Below, piece after piece: positions 27,003-36,147 of a stretch of 64,000 bases of DNA. The stretch spans positions 101,642 through 165,641 of the forward strand of contig DJVT01000014.1 of assembly GCA_002441305.1 (NCBI GenBank), written 5' to 3'. Made by a program: the position numbers and the translations under genes. Below the pieces are notes generated by a model that was not told where the DNA came from, did not search any database, and saw only the letters and a program-made list of their open reading frames with translations. Within the stretch, counting starts at the first letter, position 1, and every line of letters starts with the position of its first letter. This stretch comes from Candidatus Omnitrophica bacterium UBA6249 (GTDB taxonomy: Bacteria > Omnitrophota > Gorgyraeia > Gygaellales > Profunditerraquicolaceae).

Positions 27003-29018
27003 TTATTTCATCAATAAAGATACTGCCATAGCAAACCCTAAGGTGATAATAACAACTGAAAATATTAATTTAACATGATACACAAAGCACGTAGATTCTT
27101 TATCCCTGGCTCTTAGCTTCTTGATTTCTATGTAAGGTACTGGTGAGCGCCTATACCAGCCGACAATTTCAACATCTTTTCCTATATACTCAACTGCCCT
27201 AAACAGGCCAAACAGGAAATTAAATATCCCCAAGGGCTGTCGGTAATCTAAGAAGATAATCCCGGTTTCATCCTGCATAACAAAATCTTCCGAAAAAATC
27301 AGCCCCGGAATACCCCTGCCGATAATTTTACCTTTTATCAAGCAGGATACGGGCCTAACCGCGGACACTTTCACTTTCTTCAAAAGGCTCCTTACGTTCA
27401 TTTCTGCAAAATCATAATTAGGATAAACAAAAAGAGTCTGCATCAAATAAGCCGATCCAAAAATGAATAAACCAAGCCATAAAAAGAAAATCTTTCCCCC
27501 CAGCACAAGCAATATAATGCCAAAAACAGCCGCGATGAAAGGCAGAATTTTAAAAGCCAAATCTATCAAAAAGTCATCCCAATAAGATTCCGGCTTTTTC
27601 TCATTAAATTCTATATATGGTTCTTTTCCTAACGCAGCTGACTGATTGCTTAAGAATTTCAGTCTTTTAGCGATCAATGGATGCGTGGATTGCAATTCGT
27701 AATACGCGGCCCAAGGATTCCAGAGATCCCATTTTGCCGCATCTTTCAGCTTCTCTTTATCAACCGCCCCGCCCATTTTTGTCGGCCCGGTATAACCACT
27801 AACCGCCAGCATTTTTGCTGTTCTTGAATCAAAAATACCCATCGGGCCCACCCCATTTAAAGTATCCCGCCTGTCTTTTTGTTTTATTCCGGTTTTTCTT
27901 GTATCGTCTCCGGCTAAACCGTAACCGATTTTTACTAAGGCAGAGGCCAGATTATTCGGGTTGCCTGTCACTTCTCCTGAAAACCTATCGGCAAAGAACT
28001 CCCTTATCCTCGAAAACCATAAGACGATAAATTCACTGATAACATACAATATATAAGCGGAAAGGGCTATCAGTAAACGGTAAGGCGCCGATTTATCTCT
28101 ACCCTGGCTCTTTATTCTAATCAGAGTCCTGTAAATATAGTATAAGATAAGTGGTACGAGTTGGGCTAAAGTCATAATTAACATATCCCAATGCACAGCA
28201 TGACCGATCTCATGAGCTACAACCGCCTCTGTTTCCTCTTCATTTAAAAGATCCAACAACCCCTGGGTTATCACTATTCTGGCATTATTAGGATGATGGC
28301 CATAAGTAAAAGCATTAGGCGAACCGTCCAAGATAATACCCATGCGGGGAAATTTCATTTTCTTGTCATTGCATACCTTATTAATGAAATTGTTTAAGTT
28401 GATCGGTAGATCCGTTGGCCCAACCCAGCGCATTTTAAATAAGAATTTTAAAGAAAGATCCATTAAGAATGGCCCGAGCAGGAAATGGATAGTCACAACT
28501 GCTATACCGACTATTAAAGCAAGAGATGCGGATATCTTTGTTAATTCAACCAAAATAATCAAAAATAGTGTTAATAAGGCATACATGCCAAACAATACCG
28601 CCCCTGAACGGAAGGCAAGATTAGGCAAAGGAAGCAACATCTTGGGCATACTCGATTTTCCTCCCCCAAGAGTGCCTTTATCTATTTGAACATTGGCTTT
28701 TATTGCGGGCAGTTTATTGATCTCACCCTTATCCAGCCAGATACCTCCTGATTCCGGACAATAATCAATATTGATTTCGCCTTCCAAAATCGGTAATTCT
28801 ACCATAGGGCTTCCAGATGGGGATAAGCGGGACGATGGCTTTTGAAGCTTCATAGCTTCTTCTATTTTAGACTTTAGGTAAGTCGGGATTTTCGTAAAAT
28901 GGTAAATTTCATCCTTATCCAGCCAGATGCCTTCACATTGAGGGCAAAAATCAACCTCCACTCCCTGCTTCGTCATAACTGAAACTAAATCTTCATTTTT
29001 ACAGTTTGGGCATTTCAT
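27003..29018 (-). CDS. M48-family (HtpX-like) metalloprotease with N-terminal TFIIB-type zinc ribbons
   Basis: CPNCKNE...CPQCEGIWLDKDEI plus a degenerate second copy (CPESGGIWLDKGEI). HEIGHAVHWD is the HExxH motif. Multiple TM segments. ATG 29018 has the SD GGAGG; the track start is 29060. Confidence 0.8.
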   Translation of the reverse strand: MKCPNCKNEDLVSVMTKQGVEVDFCPQCEGIWLDKDEIYHFTKIPTYLKSKIEEAMKLQKPSSRLSPSGSPMVELPILEGEINIDYCPESGGIWLDKGEINKLPAIKANVQIDKGTLGGGKSSMPKMLLPLPNLAFRSGAVLFGMYALLTLFLIILVELTKISASLALIVGIAVVTIHFLLGPFLMDLSLKFLFKMRWVGPTDLPINLNNFINKVCNDKKMKFPRMGIILDGSPNAFTYGHHPNNARIVITQGLLDLLNEEETEAVVAHEIGHAVHWDMLIMTLAQLVPLILYYIYRTLIRIKSQGRDKSAPYRLLIALSAYILYVISEFIVLWFSRIREFFADRFSGEVTGNPNNLASALVKIGYGLAGDDTRKTGIKQKDRRDTLNGVGPMGIFDSRTAKMLAVSGYTGPTKMGGAVDKEKLKDAAKWDLWNPWAAYYELQSTHPLIAKRLKFLSNQSAALGKEPYIEFNEKKPESYWDDFLIDLAFKILPFIAAVFGIILLVLGGKIFFLWLGLFIFGSAYLMQTLFVYPNYDFAEMNVRSLLKKVKVSAVRPVSCLIKGKIIGRGIPGLIFSEDFVMQDETGIIFLDYRQPLGIFNFLFGLFRAVEYIGKDVEIVGWYRRSPVPYIEIKKLRARDKESTCFVYHVKLIFSVVIITLGFAMAVSLLMK

Positions 29019-29194
29019 TTTCTGCCTCCGGTTTTGAAGTTCCCAAAGAAAATAGTTCAAATAGAACGCTGTTAAGACCCCTCCTGCAACGAAGAAACAA
29101 GAATATCCCCCCCGGCAGTCACAAAACTATTATAATCAATCATTTTCCAATACTTACCAAAACGGGGATATTTTTAAACACAAAAGTATTGTAT

Positions 29195-30688
29195 CTATAA
29201 TTTCCGAATATATTTTAAGACTCTGCTTTTGTTATCGTAACAACTTATATGCGGCTTCCCGTCACTGTCTAAACACATTGAAATAGTCCAGGCAACCGGA
29301 GTAAAATAACCGATATCCCGCGTCTCTATTGTTTCGATATTCCAAGAGTCATCGTTACAAAATGCATATTTAAGCTCCTCATCGGAACAACGGGAATAGA
29401 CTATGTGCGGTCTTTCTAATTTATCTAAAGCAATAACAGATTTACAACCCACATTCTTTTCTCGATCTATTGTCTGAATATCCCAATTCCTGCCGTTCCA
29501 AAAGGCATATTTCAAATCATAAGCATCGGCATCAAGATATGCAATATGAGGCAGCCCCTTTTTATCAATAGCAATAGCCGGTTCTAAACCCACTAAACCA
29601 ATATTATCCACAATCTGTTTATGCCATTGCTCTTCTGAATAGTATGCATATTTCAAATCACCGTTTTTCTGATCAAAATAAGCTATATGCGGCATCCCCT
29701 GATCATCCAAGGCTAAAGAAACATACATCCTCCCCTTATATTTATCGGCCGACATATCAATTAAGCCCGCATCAACTGTTTGAATATCCCATTTTGAACC
29801 GGTCCAAAAAGCATATTGTACGCCTCCCCTGTTAGTACAATAAGCTATATGCGGCCGGTCATTAGCATCTATAGCAAGAGAATTTTCAGTTCCCCATTGC
29901 TCAACAACCGTGATTTTCCATTCGCTGCCATCCCAGTACGCATACTTCAATAAATTCCCGTAGCCTGGCGCAGGAACACGCAAAGAGAAGCTTATATGAG
30001 GCCTGCATAGAGAATCTAAAGCAATGCTTGGCATATAGCCTTCTTCTACAGTTTGTATTTTCCATGCCGGCCCTATCCGGCATGCATATCTGATCCCCTC
30101 TTCATCTTCATAAGCTATATGCGGATTGTTATTCCCATCCAAGGCTATTGAAGAGCGGCCTCCCGTATCTTTCTTTGTATCCACCAATTCTGCTTCCCAG
30201 CCGGGAGCCAATGAGATTGCTGACTTGCCTTGTGCAACATTGGGGGCCCCAAACACCGGGCTCCTTACAGGAATTAAAATCATTAATATAAAAAAGGCTA
30301 TAAAGCTTAAAACAATATTCCTGAAAAATATAAGTACTGATTTTCCCGGTATTGAATTAACGCCATCATTCTCATTTACTCTCTTTGTTGACTTATAAGC
30401 ATCGTAAATATTAAATATCCAAACAAGAAAGCTGCAAATAAAAGTAATGACATAAGCGGTTGAAGTAACAGGTATATCTTTACCGCTTACCGGCAATGGT
30501 TCATTGAAAACTTTAATTAAAATAAAATATAAAACTGCTATCCCGATATAGCTTGCAAAGAATAAATACCCCTTACGCCTTTGGCCGTTATAAGCCTGCC
30601 CTAACCCCATGAATAAAAAACTCAAGATGCCGGCGATCATTGGTTCGCGGACGATATTCTTTTTGGCTGCATCTGCACTTACCTGCAT
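29195..30688 (-). CDS. Membrane-anchored protein with about 7 tandem ~45-aa repeats (probable beta-propeller)
   Basis: N-terminal TM region with GLGQAYNGQRRKG. The repeat unit is ..IALD....PHIAY......LKYA.W.G..W.I.TV. ATG 30688 has the SD AAGGAGG; the track start 30709 is a TTG. Confidence 0.7.
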   Translation of the reverse strand: MQVSADAAKKNIVREPMIAGILSFLFMGLGQAYNGQRRKGYLFFASYIGIAVLYFILIKVFNEPLPVSGKDIPVTSTAYVITFICSFLVWIFNIYDAYKSTKRVNENDGVNSIPGKSVLIFFRNIVLSFIAFFILMILIPVRSPVFGAPNVAQGKSAISLAPGWEAELVDTKKDTGGRSSIALDGNNNPHIAYEDEEGIRYACRIGPAWKIQTVEEGYMPSIALDSLCRPHISFSLRVPAPGYGNLLKYAYWDGSEWKITVVEQWGTENSLAIDANDRPHIAYCTNRGGVQYAFWTGSKWDIQTVDAGLIDMSADKYKGRMYVSLALDDQGMPHIAYFDQKNGDLKYAYYSEEQWHKQIVDNIGLVGLEPAIAIDKKGLPHIAYLDADAYDLKYAFWNGRNWDIQTIDREKNVGCKSVIALDKLERPHIVYSRCSDEELKYAFCNDDSWNIETIETRDIGYFTPVAWTISMCLDSDGKPHISCYDNKSRVLKYIRKL

Positions 30689-30734
30689 AATTGCCTCCTT
30701 CTTCTGCAATTACTCCATACAAATAACTATTCCA

Positions 30735-31217
30735 TCACCTGGGGTTATAGATAAAATCGGAAGACGTTATTTCATAACTGGAACCGCCGTAAACTTTCAA
30801 ATATGCTTTTCCTGTTTCAGGATGCCATGTTATGAAATTACATGCGCTGTGCGGCTCATTATCCTCTTTTATATTGTTTTTATTCACATCTTGCCAAAAA
30901 CGCATATCTACTAAGTAACGGCCCCGGCTCTGGATCATATCCCCGGGAATACTTATTGTAATTTTGTATCTCCCCGTTCCTGAAGACACGCTCTCGGTCT
31001 TTATGGGGATGTTTGCAGAACCGTTTTTAAAAAGCGCCACTTTGTCATAACGCTTAGCTACCCCGGATATCGTTATGGTTACTCCTTGTCTAACGACATA
31101 GGCATTGGCAGTCCGCGAAGAAGATTCTTCTGCAGCCCCGGCATAGACAGAAGCCACAGCCGGAAATAACGTTCCCATCAAAACCAACACCGTTATTCTG
31201 CAATTCTGTATTCTCAT
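30735..31217 (-). CDS. Secreted hypothetical protein (160 aa)
   Basis: Signal-peptide-like N-terminus (VLVLMGTLFPAVASVYA). No recognisable domain. Confidence 0.55.
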   Translation of the reverse strand: MRIQNCRITVLVLMGTLFPAVASVYAGAAEESSSRTANAYVVRQGVTITISGVAKRYDKVALFKNGSANIPIKTESVSSGTGRYKITISIPGDMIQSRGRYLVDMRFWQDVNKNNIKEDNEPHSACNFITWHPETGKAYLKVYGGSSYEITSSDFIYNPR

Positions 31218-31254
31218 TCTTGCTCCTGGCCAGAGGGATAATTAAACGGATGCC

Positions 31255-31289
31255 TTAACAGAAAAGGAGTGGCGACAAATTGTCACCAC
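31255..31289 (-). terminator. Rho-independent terminator downstream of tRNA-Ser(GGA)
   Basis: The minus strand reads GTGGTGACA-AUU-UGUCGCCAC followed by UCCUUUUCUGUU. Confidence 0.45.
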
Positions 31290-31419
31290 CCCTTACTAAA
31301 CTCATTATCCAGCTTACGCATCTTCTTGATATAGTCCTAAACATTAGTTAGGCAAATCAATAAGCGCTAAAACAACACCATTAAATACAAACCGCCGGGA
31401 TCCACCTAAGCGTCAACAA

Positions 31420-31507
31420 TGGCGGAGAGGCAGGGATTCGAACCCTGGGAGCCTTGCGACTCACGTGTTCTCCAGACACGCCCGTTCGACCACTCCGGCA
31501 CCTCTCC
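31420..31507 (-). tRNA. tRNA-Ser (GGA), CCA encoded
   Basis: GGAGAGGTGCCGGAGTGGTCGAACGGGCGTGTCTGGAGAACACG... with a long variable arm and GGTTCGAATCC. Confidence 0.9.
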
Positions 31508-31538
31508 ATAATCAGGTCTTCTGCCCTAAACCTTCCGG

Positions 31539-32876
31539 TTACAGGGCTTGCAAATATATAAATCTTAAGATAAACAATACCGCCAAGCAATAAACCAGCC
31601 AGGACACGCTCTTGCCTTTACCGGTAAGCAACTTCAAGGCGGCAAAACTTATAAAGCCAAAGGCAATTCCCGTAGCGATACTAAAAGTAAAAGGCATAAT
31701 CAGCATCACCAGGAACGCCGGGATAAATTCCGAATAGTCCTTCCAATCAATCTTGGTAATCGGATATACCATCATGCTCCCGACGACAATCAAAGCCGGG
31801 GCGGTAACCGGACGCAAGATAACTCCCAATGCGGTCTGATACCCTCCCCCGATCATGCTGATCAAAGGCATAAAGAACAAAGTAAGCAAAAACAATATTC
31901 CCGTTACCACGCTTACCAGACCAGAGCGCCCGCCTGAAGCTATGCCGGCGGCACTTTCTACGTAACTGGTCACTGTAGGTGTGCCGCAAAATGCGCCTAT
32001 GCATGTGCCTACCGCATCAGTAAGCATTGCCTTCCCGGCCCTGGGCAGTTTTCCCTGGCGCATAAACCCGCCTATCTCCCCTACTCCCGCCAGAGTTCCG
32101 ACTGTGTCAAAGATGTCCATAAAAAGGAATATAAACACCACCGAAAACAAACCTAATTTCAGCGCCCCGGCAATATCCATCTTCATGAAAGTAGGGGCGA
32201 TGGACGGTGGCATGGACACAACCCCCTGGTATTTTACCACCCCAAGCAGTACGCCGGCAAAGGCGGTAATCAGTATCCCCCAAAGCACGGCCCCGCCGAC
32301 TTTCTTTATCAATAAAACCCCCGTGACCACCAATCCGAATATAGCCAGTATGGACGGCACGCTGGTTACATCACCTAAAGTCACCAGGGTCGAAGGGTGC
32401 CTTACTACAATCCCGGAGTCGATAAAACCTATAAAGGCAATAAACAGCCCTATACCGCAGGCAGTAGCGTAACGAATAGAAACCGGGATAGCATCCATAA
32501 TCGCCTGCCTTAATTTGGTAAGCGTCAGGATTATAAAAATTACCCCCTCGATAAATACACAGCCTAAAGCCACCTGCCAGGATATCCCCATAGTCAGGCA
32601 TACGGCATAGGTAAAAAACGCGTTTTCCCCCATACCCGGGGCCTGGGCGATAGGGTAATTCGCATACAGCCCCATCAGGATCGTAGCAGCCGCAGCGGCT
32701 ATACAGGTAGCCATCATCGCCGCCCCGAAATCCATACCTGTCTGCGAAATCATTGCCGGATTGACGAAAACGATATAGGCCATGGCCATAAACGTGGTAA
32801 AACCGGCGACTACTTCCGTACGGATATCGGTATTAAGTTCTTTAAGCCTAAAAAAACTTTCGATCCTCTTAAGCAT
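31539..32876 (-). CDS. NCS2-family purine (adenine/guanine/hypoxanthine) permease, AzgA-like
   Basis: 445 aa, polytopic. The N-terminus FRLKELNTDIRTEVVAGFTTFMAMAYIVFVNP is typical of this family. Confidence 0.85.
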   Translation of the reverse strand: MLKRIESFFRLKELNTDIRTEVVAGFTTFMAMAYIVFVNPAMISQTGMDFGAAMMATCIAAAAATILMGLYANYPIAQAPGMGENAFFTYAVCLTMGISWQVALGCVFIEGVIFIILTLTKLRQAIMDAIPVSIRYATACGIGLFIAFIGFIDSGIVVRHPSTLVTLGDVTSVPSILAIFGLVVTGVLLIKKVGGAVLWGILITAFAGVLLGVVKYQGVVSMPPSIAPTFMKMDIAGALKLGLFSVVFIFLFMDIFDTVGTLAGVGEIGGFMRQGKLPRAGKAMLTDAVGTCIGAFCGTPTVTSYVESAAGIASGGRSGLVSVVTGILFLLTLFFMPLISMIGGGYQTALGVILRPVTAPALIVVGSMMVYPITKIDWKDYSEFIPAFLVMLIMPFTFSIATGIAFGFISFAALKLLTGKGKSVSWLVYCLAVLFILRFIYLQAL

Positions 32877-32884
32877 CTTTTAAA

Positions 32885-32972
32885 CGGAGAGTGGAGGATT
32901 CGAACCTCCGGTCATCTTGCGACGACAACGGTTTTCGAGACCGCCGCATTCAACCAGCTCTGCCAACTCTCC
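32885..32972 (-). tRNA. tRNA-Ser (CGA)
   Basis: GGAGAGTTGGCAGAGCTGGTTGAATGCGGCGGTCTCGAAAACCG... with a long variable arm and GGTTCGAATCC. Confidence 0.9.
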
Positions 32973-33001
32973 AAACCCGTTTCTGCCGAGAAATCAACCC
33001 C

Positions 33002-33781
33002 TTAAGACCTGATATCCTCCTGGGCGATTTCCGGATGATGGTAACGCCTCCTGCCTTCGGTGGATTTCTTGTACTGGATGGCCTCAGCCGGGCACCACTG
33101 CAAGCAGGCCATACAGTGCTGGCAATGGTCAAACCAGTAAGGTTTTCCATCCCGCATTTCTATATTGTCAACCGGGCAGACCTTTGCGCAAAGTCCGCAT
33201 TTTATACAGGTATCTTTAACCCAGAATCCGCTTGCCGCGCCGGGGATTCCCAAAGAGCCGATATTGTATATCAAAGAGTAAAGTATCAAGTTCGCAAGAA
33301 AAGGCTTTTCTTCGTATATCCCCCGCTTCCCTTCCAGAATAAACTGTGAAAGCTCCTTGGCCCTCACCTTTTCTTTACGGAACATCTCCTCCTGTTGTTC
33401 TTTGGATACGGCACCGTACAACGGGGTATAATTACCAGGCATCATTACCGAGAAACCGCAAGCCAAATCAATACCGCGCCGGTTCAGGATCTTGCGGGCC
33501 AGACTATGCACCCTCCCCGGCATACCTCCGAAAGTGGCTATGGAGAATATATAAGCCCCAGGCTTGAATTTCGCCTCTTTCAGGAAATCTTTTATAATCA
33601 GAGGCAGTCCAAACATGTAAACCGGGAATACGAGGCCTACCTTGTCATACTGCTCCACCCCTCCCTCGTCGATAGCCCTGGAAACGGGGATAAGCGAAAC
33701 ACCCTCCAGGCCCCAGGCTACATCCTTTGCCACTACAAGAGAATTGCCTGTAGCCGAAAAATAATATATGGCTGTGCTCAT
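33002..33781 (-). CDS. EFR1-family ferredoxin (flavodoxin-like domain plus 2x[4Fe-4S])
   Basis: The N-terminus is IYYFSATGNS. The Cys clusters are CIKCGLCAKVCP and CQHCMACLQWCP. Confidence 0.7.
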   Translation of the reverse strand: MSTAIYYFSATGNSLVVAKDVAWGLEGVSLIPVSRAIDEGGVEQYDKVGLVFPVYMFGLPLIIKDFLKEAKFKPGAYIFSIATFGGMPGRVHSLARKILNRRGIDLACGFSVMMPGNYTPLYGAVSKEQQEEMFRKEKVRAKELSQFILEGKRGIYEEKPFLANLILYSLIYNIGSLGIPGAASGFWVKDTCIKCGLCAKVCPVDNIEMRDGKPYWFDHCQHCMACLQWCPAEAIQYKKSTEGRRRYHHPEIAQEDIRS

Positions 33782-33813
33782 CTAAGCCTCCGGTAAAAAC
33801 TAAATAATGTGTT

Positions 33814-33904
33814 TGGCGGTGGGGCTGGGATTCGAACCCAGGGTGGAGATAATCCCCACAACAGTTTTCAAGACTGCCGCTTTCAACCGCTCAGCCACCC
33901 CACC
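33814..33904 (-). tRNA. tRNA-Ser (TGA), CCA encoded
   Basis: GGTGGGGTGGCTGAGCGGTTGAAAGCGGCAGTCTTGAAAACTGT... with a long variable arm and GGTTCGAATCC. Confidence 0.9.
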
Positions 33905-34609
33905 TTAAAACAAGAATAACTGCTTAAATACAGCGTAAAAGATCCTTCCGGCTATACCGAAAGAAACATTGCAGAAGTTCACAAACGAGAACTCCTTAAA
34001 AATCAGGCTGAAGCCGAGAGCGAACAGAGCAAGATTCAAAATGAAAATAAACGAAAACCCGAATATATAGTTGCCTTTTAAAAAATCACCTTTTTTATTC
34101 CGTATGCTCTTGGCGGAAAAAACAAGATGCAAAATGGCGCTGAAACCGATAAGAAACATCGCGCATTCCAGCAGGCGAGCCGACTTGATCGGGAATTGCA
34201 ACAGGCCGTAAATTATGAATATCAAGATCGTATACATCGGGAGCAGGAACGGGGCCACGTTCACCATAGGCTTGAAAAACCTAAAAACAACCTCCAAAAG
34301 CTTATGCCCTCTGCTGTATACCGGAGCCGGCTCCCATATAAACAGGTAAACCAGCAGAAAAGAAATCACCCCTGCCCAGAATACTCCCTGCAAATGTCCG
34401 TCCACAGCGCGGAATTCATTCAAAAAAGACACTGTGGTAGAAAAAACAAAAGGGAGGAATACCAGCCCTAAAATGAATTTTATCACCCCGAAGGCCTTAC
34501 CCGAAAACCACGATATCTTGGCGGAAAAATTGCCTCCGGAGCCGGAAGGCTCTTTGGATAAAGGAATATCCTGAATCAGGTTCTTATCGAAAGATTCTTT
34601 CCTGGCCAT
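33905..34609 (-). CDS. Polytopic membrane protein, function unknown (234 aa)
   Basis: About 6 hydrophobic segments. Its stop abuts the tRNA 5' end and its start overlaps the serS 3' end. Confidence 0.55.
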   Translation of the reverse strand: MARKESFDKNLIQDIPLSKEPSGSGGNFSAKISWFSGKAFGVIKFILGLVFLPFVFSTTVSFLNEFRAVDGHLQGVFWAGVISFLLVYLFIWEPAPVYSRGHKLLEVVFRFFKPMVNVAPFLLPMYTILIFIIYGLLQFPIKSARLLECAMFLIGFSAILHLVFSAKSIRNKKGDFLKGNYIFGFSFIFILNLALFALGFSLIFKEFSFVNFCNVSFGIAGRIFYAVFKQLFLF

Positions 34610-35855
34610 TCAAATACGGCCGCAGTGCCTCGGGAACCAGCACCGAACCGTCCTCTTGTTGATAGTTCTCCAATATCGCAACCACCGTGCGCGCCAAAGC
34701 GACCCCCGAACCATTCAGGGTATGCACAAAATCTGTTTTCTTGCCCTCCTTGCGGCGCACCCTTATATTCGCCCTACGCGCCTGGAAGTTCTCGAAATTG
34801 CTGCAGCTGGATACCTCCAGCCACTTATCCGCTCCGGCGGTATAAGCCTCGATGTCATAACATTTGCTGGCGGAAAAACTGATATCCTGTGTGGAAAGCA
34901 TTACTACCCGATAAGGCAGGCCCAGAAGCTGCAGGACCTCTTCGGCGTTAGCCAATAATTTCTCCAGTTCATCGTAAGAATCCTCAGGCCTGACGAACTT
35001 CACCATCTCCACCTTATCGAATTCATGCACGCGGATCAGGCCGCGGGTATCCTTGCCGTAAGAACCCGCCTCCCGCCTGAAACAGGCGGTATAAGCGGTA
35101 TAATAAACAGGAAGCCTGTCTTCATCTATAATCTCGTCGCGGAAAATATTAGTAACCGGGACCTCGGCGGTAGGGATAAGAAAAAGATCGTCATCCTGAA
35201 GCTTGTACATATCCTCTTCCAGCTTGGGAAGCTGCCCTGTCCCGAGCATGGAGGCGCGGTTTACCAAAAACGGCGGGAATATCTCGGTGTAGCCGTGTTT
35301 TCCTGTATGCAGGTCGAGCATAAAATTTATCAAAGCGCGTTCAAGCTTGGCTCCCCATCCTTTAAAGAGGATAAAATTCGAACCGGTGATTTTGGTCGCG
35401 CGGTTGAAATCCACGATATCCAGATTCTGACAAAGCTCTATGTGGCTGAGCGGCTTAAAAGAAAACTTCTTCGGCTCGCCCCAGCTGCGTATAACCCTGT
35501 TACAGGAAGGGTCTCCTACCGGCAGGGAGGCATGCGGGATATTCGGTATGCTCAAAAGCAGCTTGTTTAACTCCGCCTCCTCTTCCTTTATCCGAGGCTC
35601 AAGCTCGCCGATCCTTTTCGATATATCCCTCATCGAGGAGATTTTATCTTTAGCGTCTTTTTTCTGCTTAAGCAACAGGCTTATCTCGTCGTTAGCCTTA
35701 TTGCGCCTGGCCGCCAATTCCTCGAATTCGCTTAAGGCCTTGCGGCGCCTTTCGTCGACGGAAATAACGGCATCGATATCGATATCCAGAGCGCGGTTAC
35801 GCATCGCCTGTTTGACTAAATCTGTATTCTCCCTGATAAACCTTATATCTAACAT
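34584..35855 (-). CDS. serS: Seryl-tRNA synthetase
   Basis: MLDIRFIRENTDLV..., an N-terminal coiled coil and class II motifs (FRREAGSYGKDTRGLIRVHEF, GSGVALARTVVAILENYQ). Confidence 0.95.
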   Translation of the reverse strand: MLDIRFIRENTDLVKQAMRNRALDIDIDAVISVDERRRKALSEFEELAARRNKANDEISLLLKQKKDAKDKISSMRDISKRIGELEPRIKEEEAELNKLLLSIPNIPHASLPVGDPSCNRVIRSWGEPKKFSFKPLSHIELCQNLDIVDFNRATKITGSNFILFKGWGAKLERALINFMLDLHTGKHGYTEIFPPFLVNRASMLGTGQLPKLEEDMYKLQDDDLFLIPTAEVPVTNIFRDEIIDEDRLPVYYTAYTACFRREAGSYGKDTRGLIRVHEFDKVEMVKFVRPEDSYDELEKLLANAEEVLQLLGLPYRVVMLSTQDISFSASKCYDIEAYTAGADKWLEVSSCSNFENFQARRANIRVRRKEGKKTDFVHTLNGSGVALARTVVAILENYQQEDGSVLVPEALRPYLNGQERIFR

Positions 35856-35924
35856 TTTAGCCTTTAATTGTAAAAAATGCCCGTAAACTTTTAATATTAT
35901 ACCTTTAGATTACAAATCTTTCAA

Positions 35925-35975
35925 CAACATAAACAAATAAACCGGCCAGGGTAAACCACTTGACCCTAATGCCGG
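35925..35975 (-). terminator. Rho-independent terminator downstream of tRNA-Lys
   Basis: The minus strand reads CCGGCAUUAGGGU-loop-ACCCUGGCCGG followed by UUUAUUUGUUUAUGUUGUU. Confidence 0.45.
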
Positions 35976-36051
35976 TATCTATGCTATATCCTATGAACTG
36001 ACAGGCCCTTTTCACGCTAAAGGCTGCAGTTCAGGAAGGTTATGAAATTTA

Positions 36052-36124
36052 TGGGCCATGTTGGAGTCGAACCAACGACCTTGACATTAAGAGTGTCCTG
36101 CTCTACCAATTGAGCTAATGGCCC
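36052..36124 (-). tRNA. tRNA-Lys (CTT), intact copy at the island's left junction
   Basis: GGGCCATTAGCTCAATTGGTAGAGCAGGACACTCTTAATGTCAAGGTCGTTGGTTCGACTCCAACATGGCCCA. Confidence 0.9.
36085..36124. repeat. attL-side 40-bp direct repeat (tRNA-Lys positions 1-40)
   Basis: CATTAAGAGTGTCCTGCTCTACCAATTGAGCTAATGGCCC, identical to 44594-44633. Confidence 0.9.
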
Positions 36125-36147
36125 TATTTGTTACAATTTATTTATTA

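Noticed and set aside
31381-31590. A 69-aa minus-strand ORF.
   Set aside because: It overlaps tRNA-Ser(GGA) and the 3' end of the permease gene, so it is an artefact.
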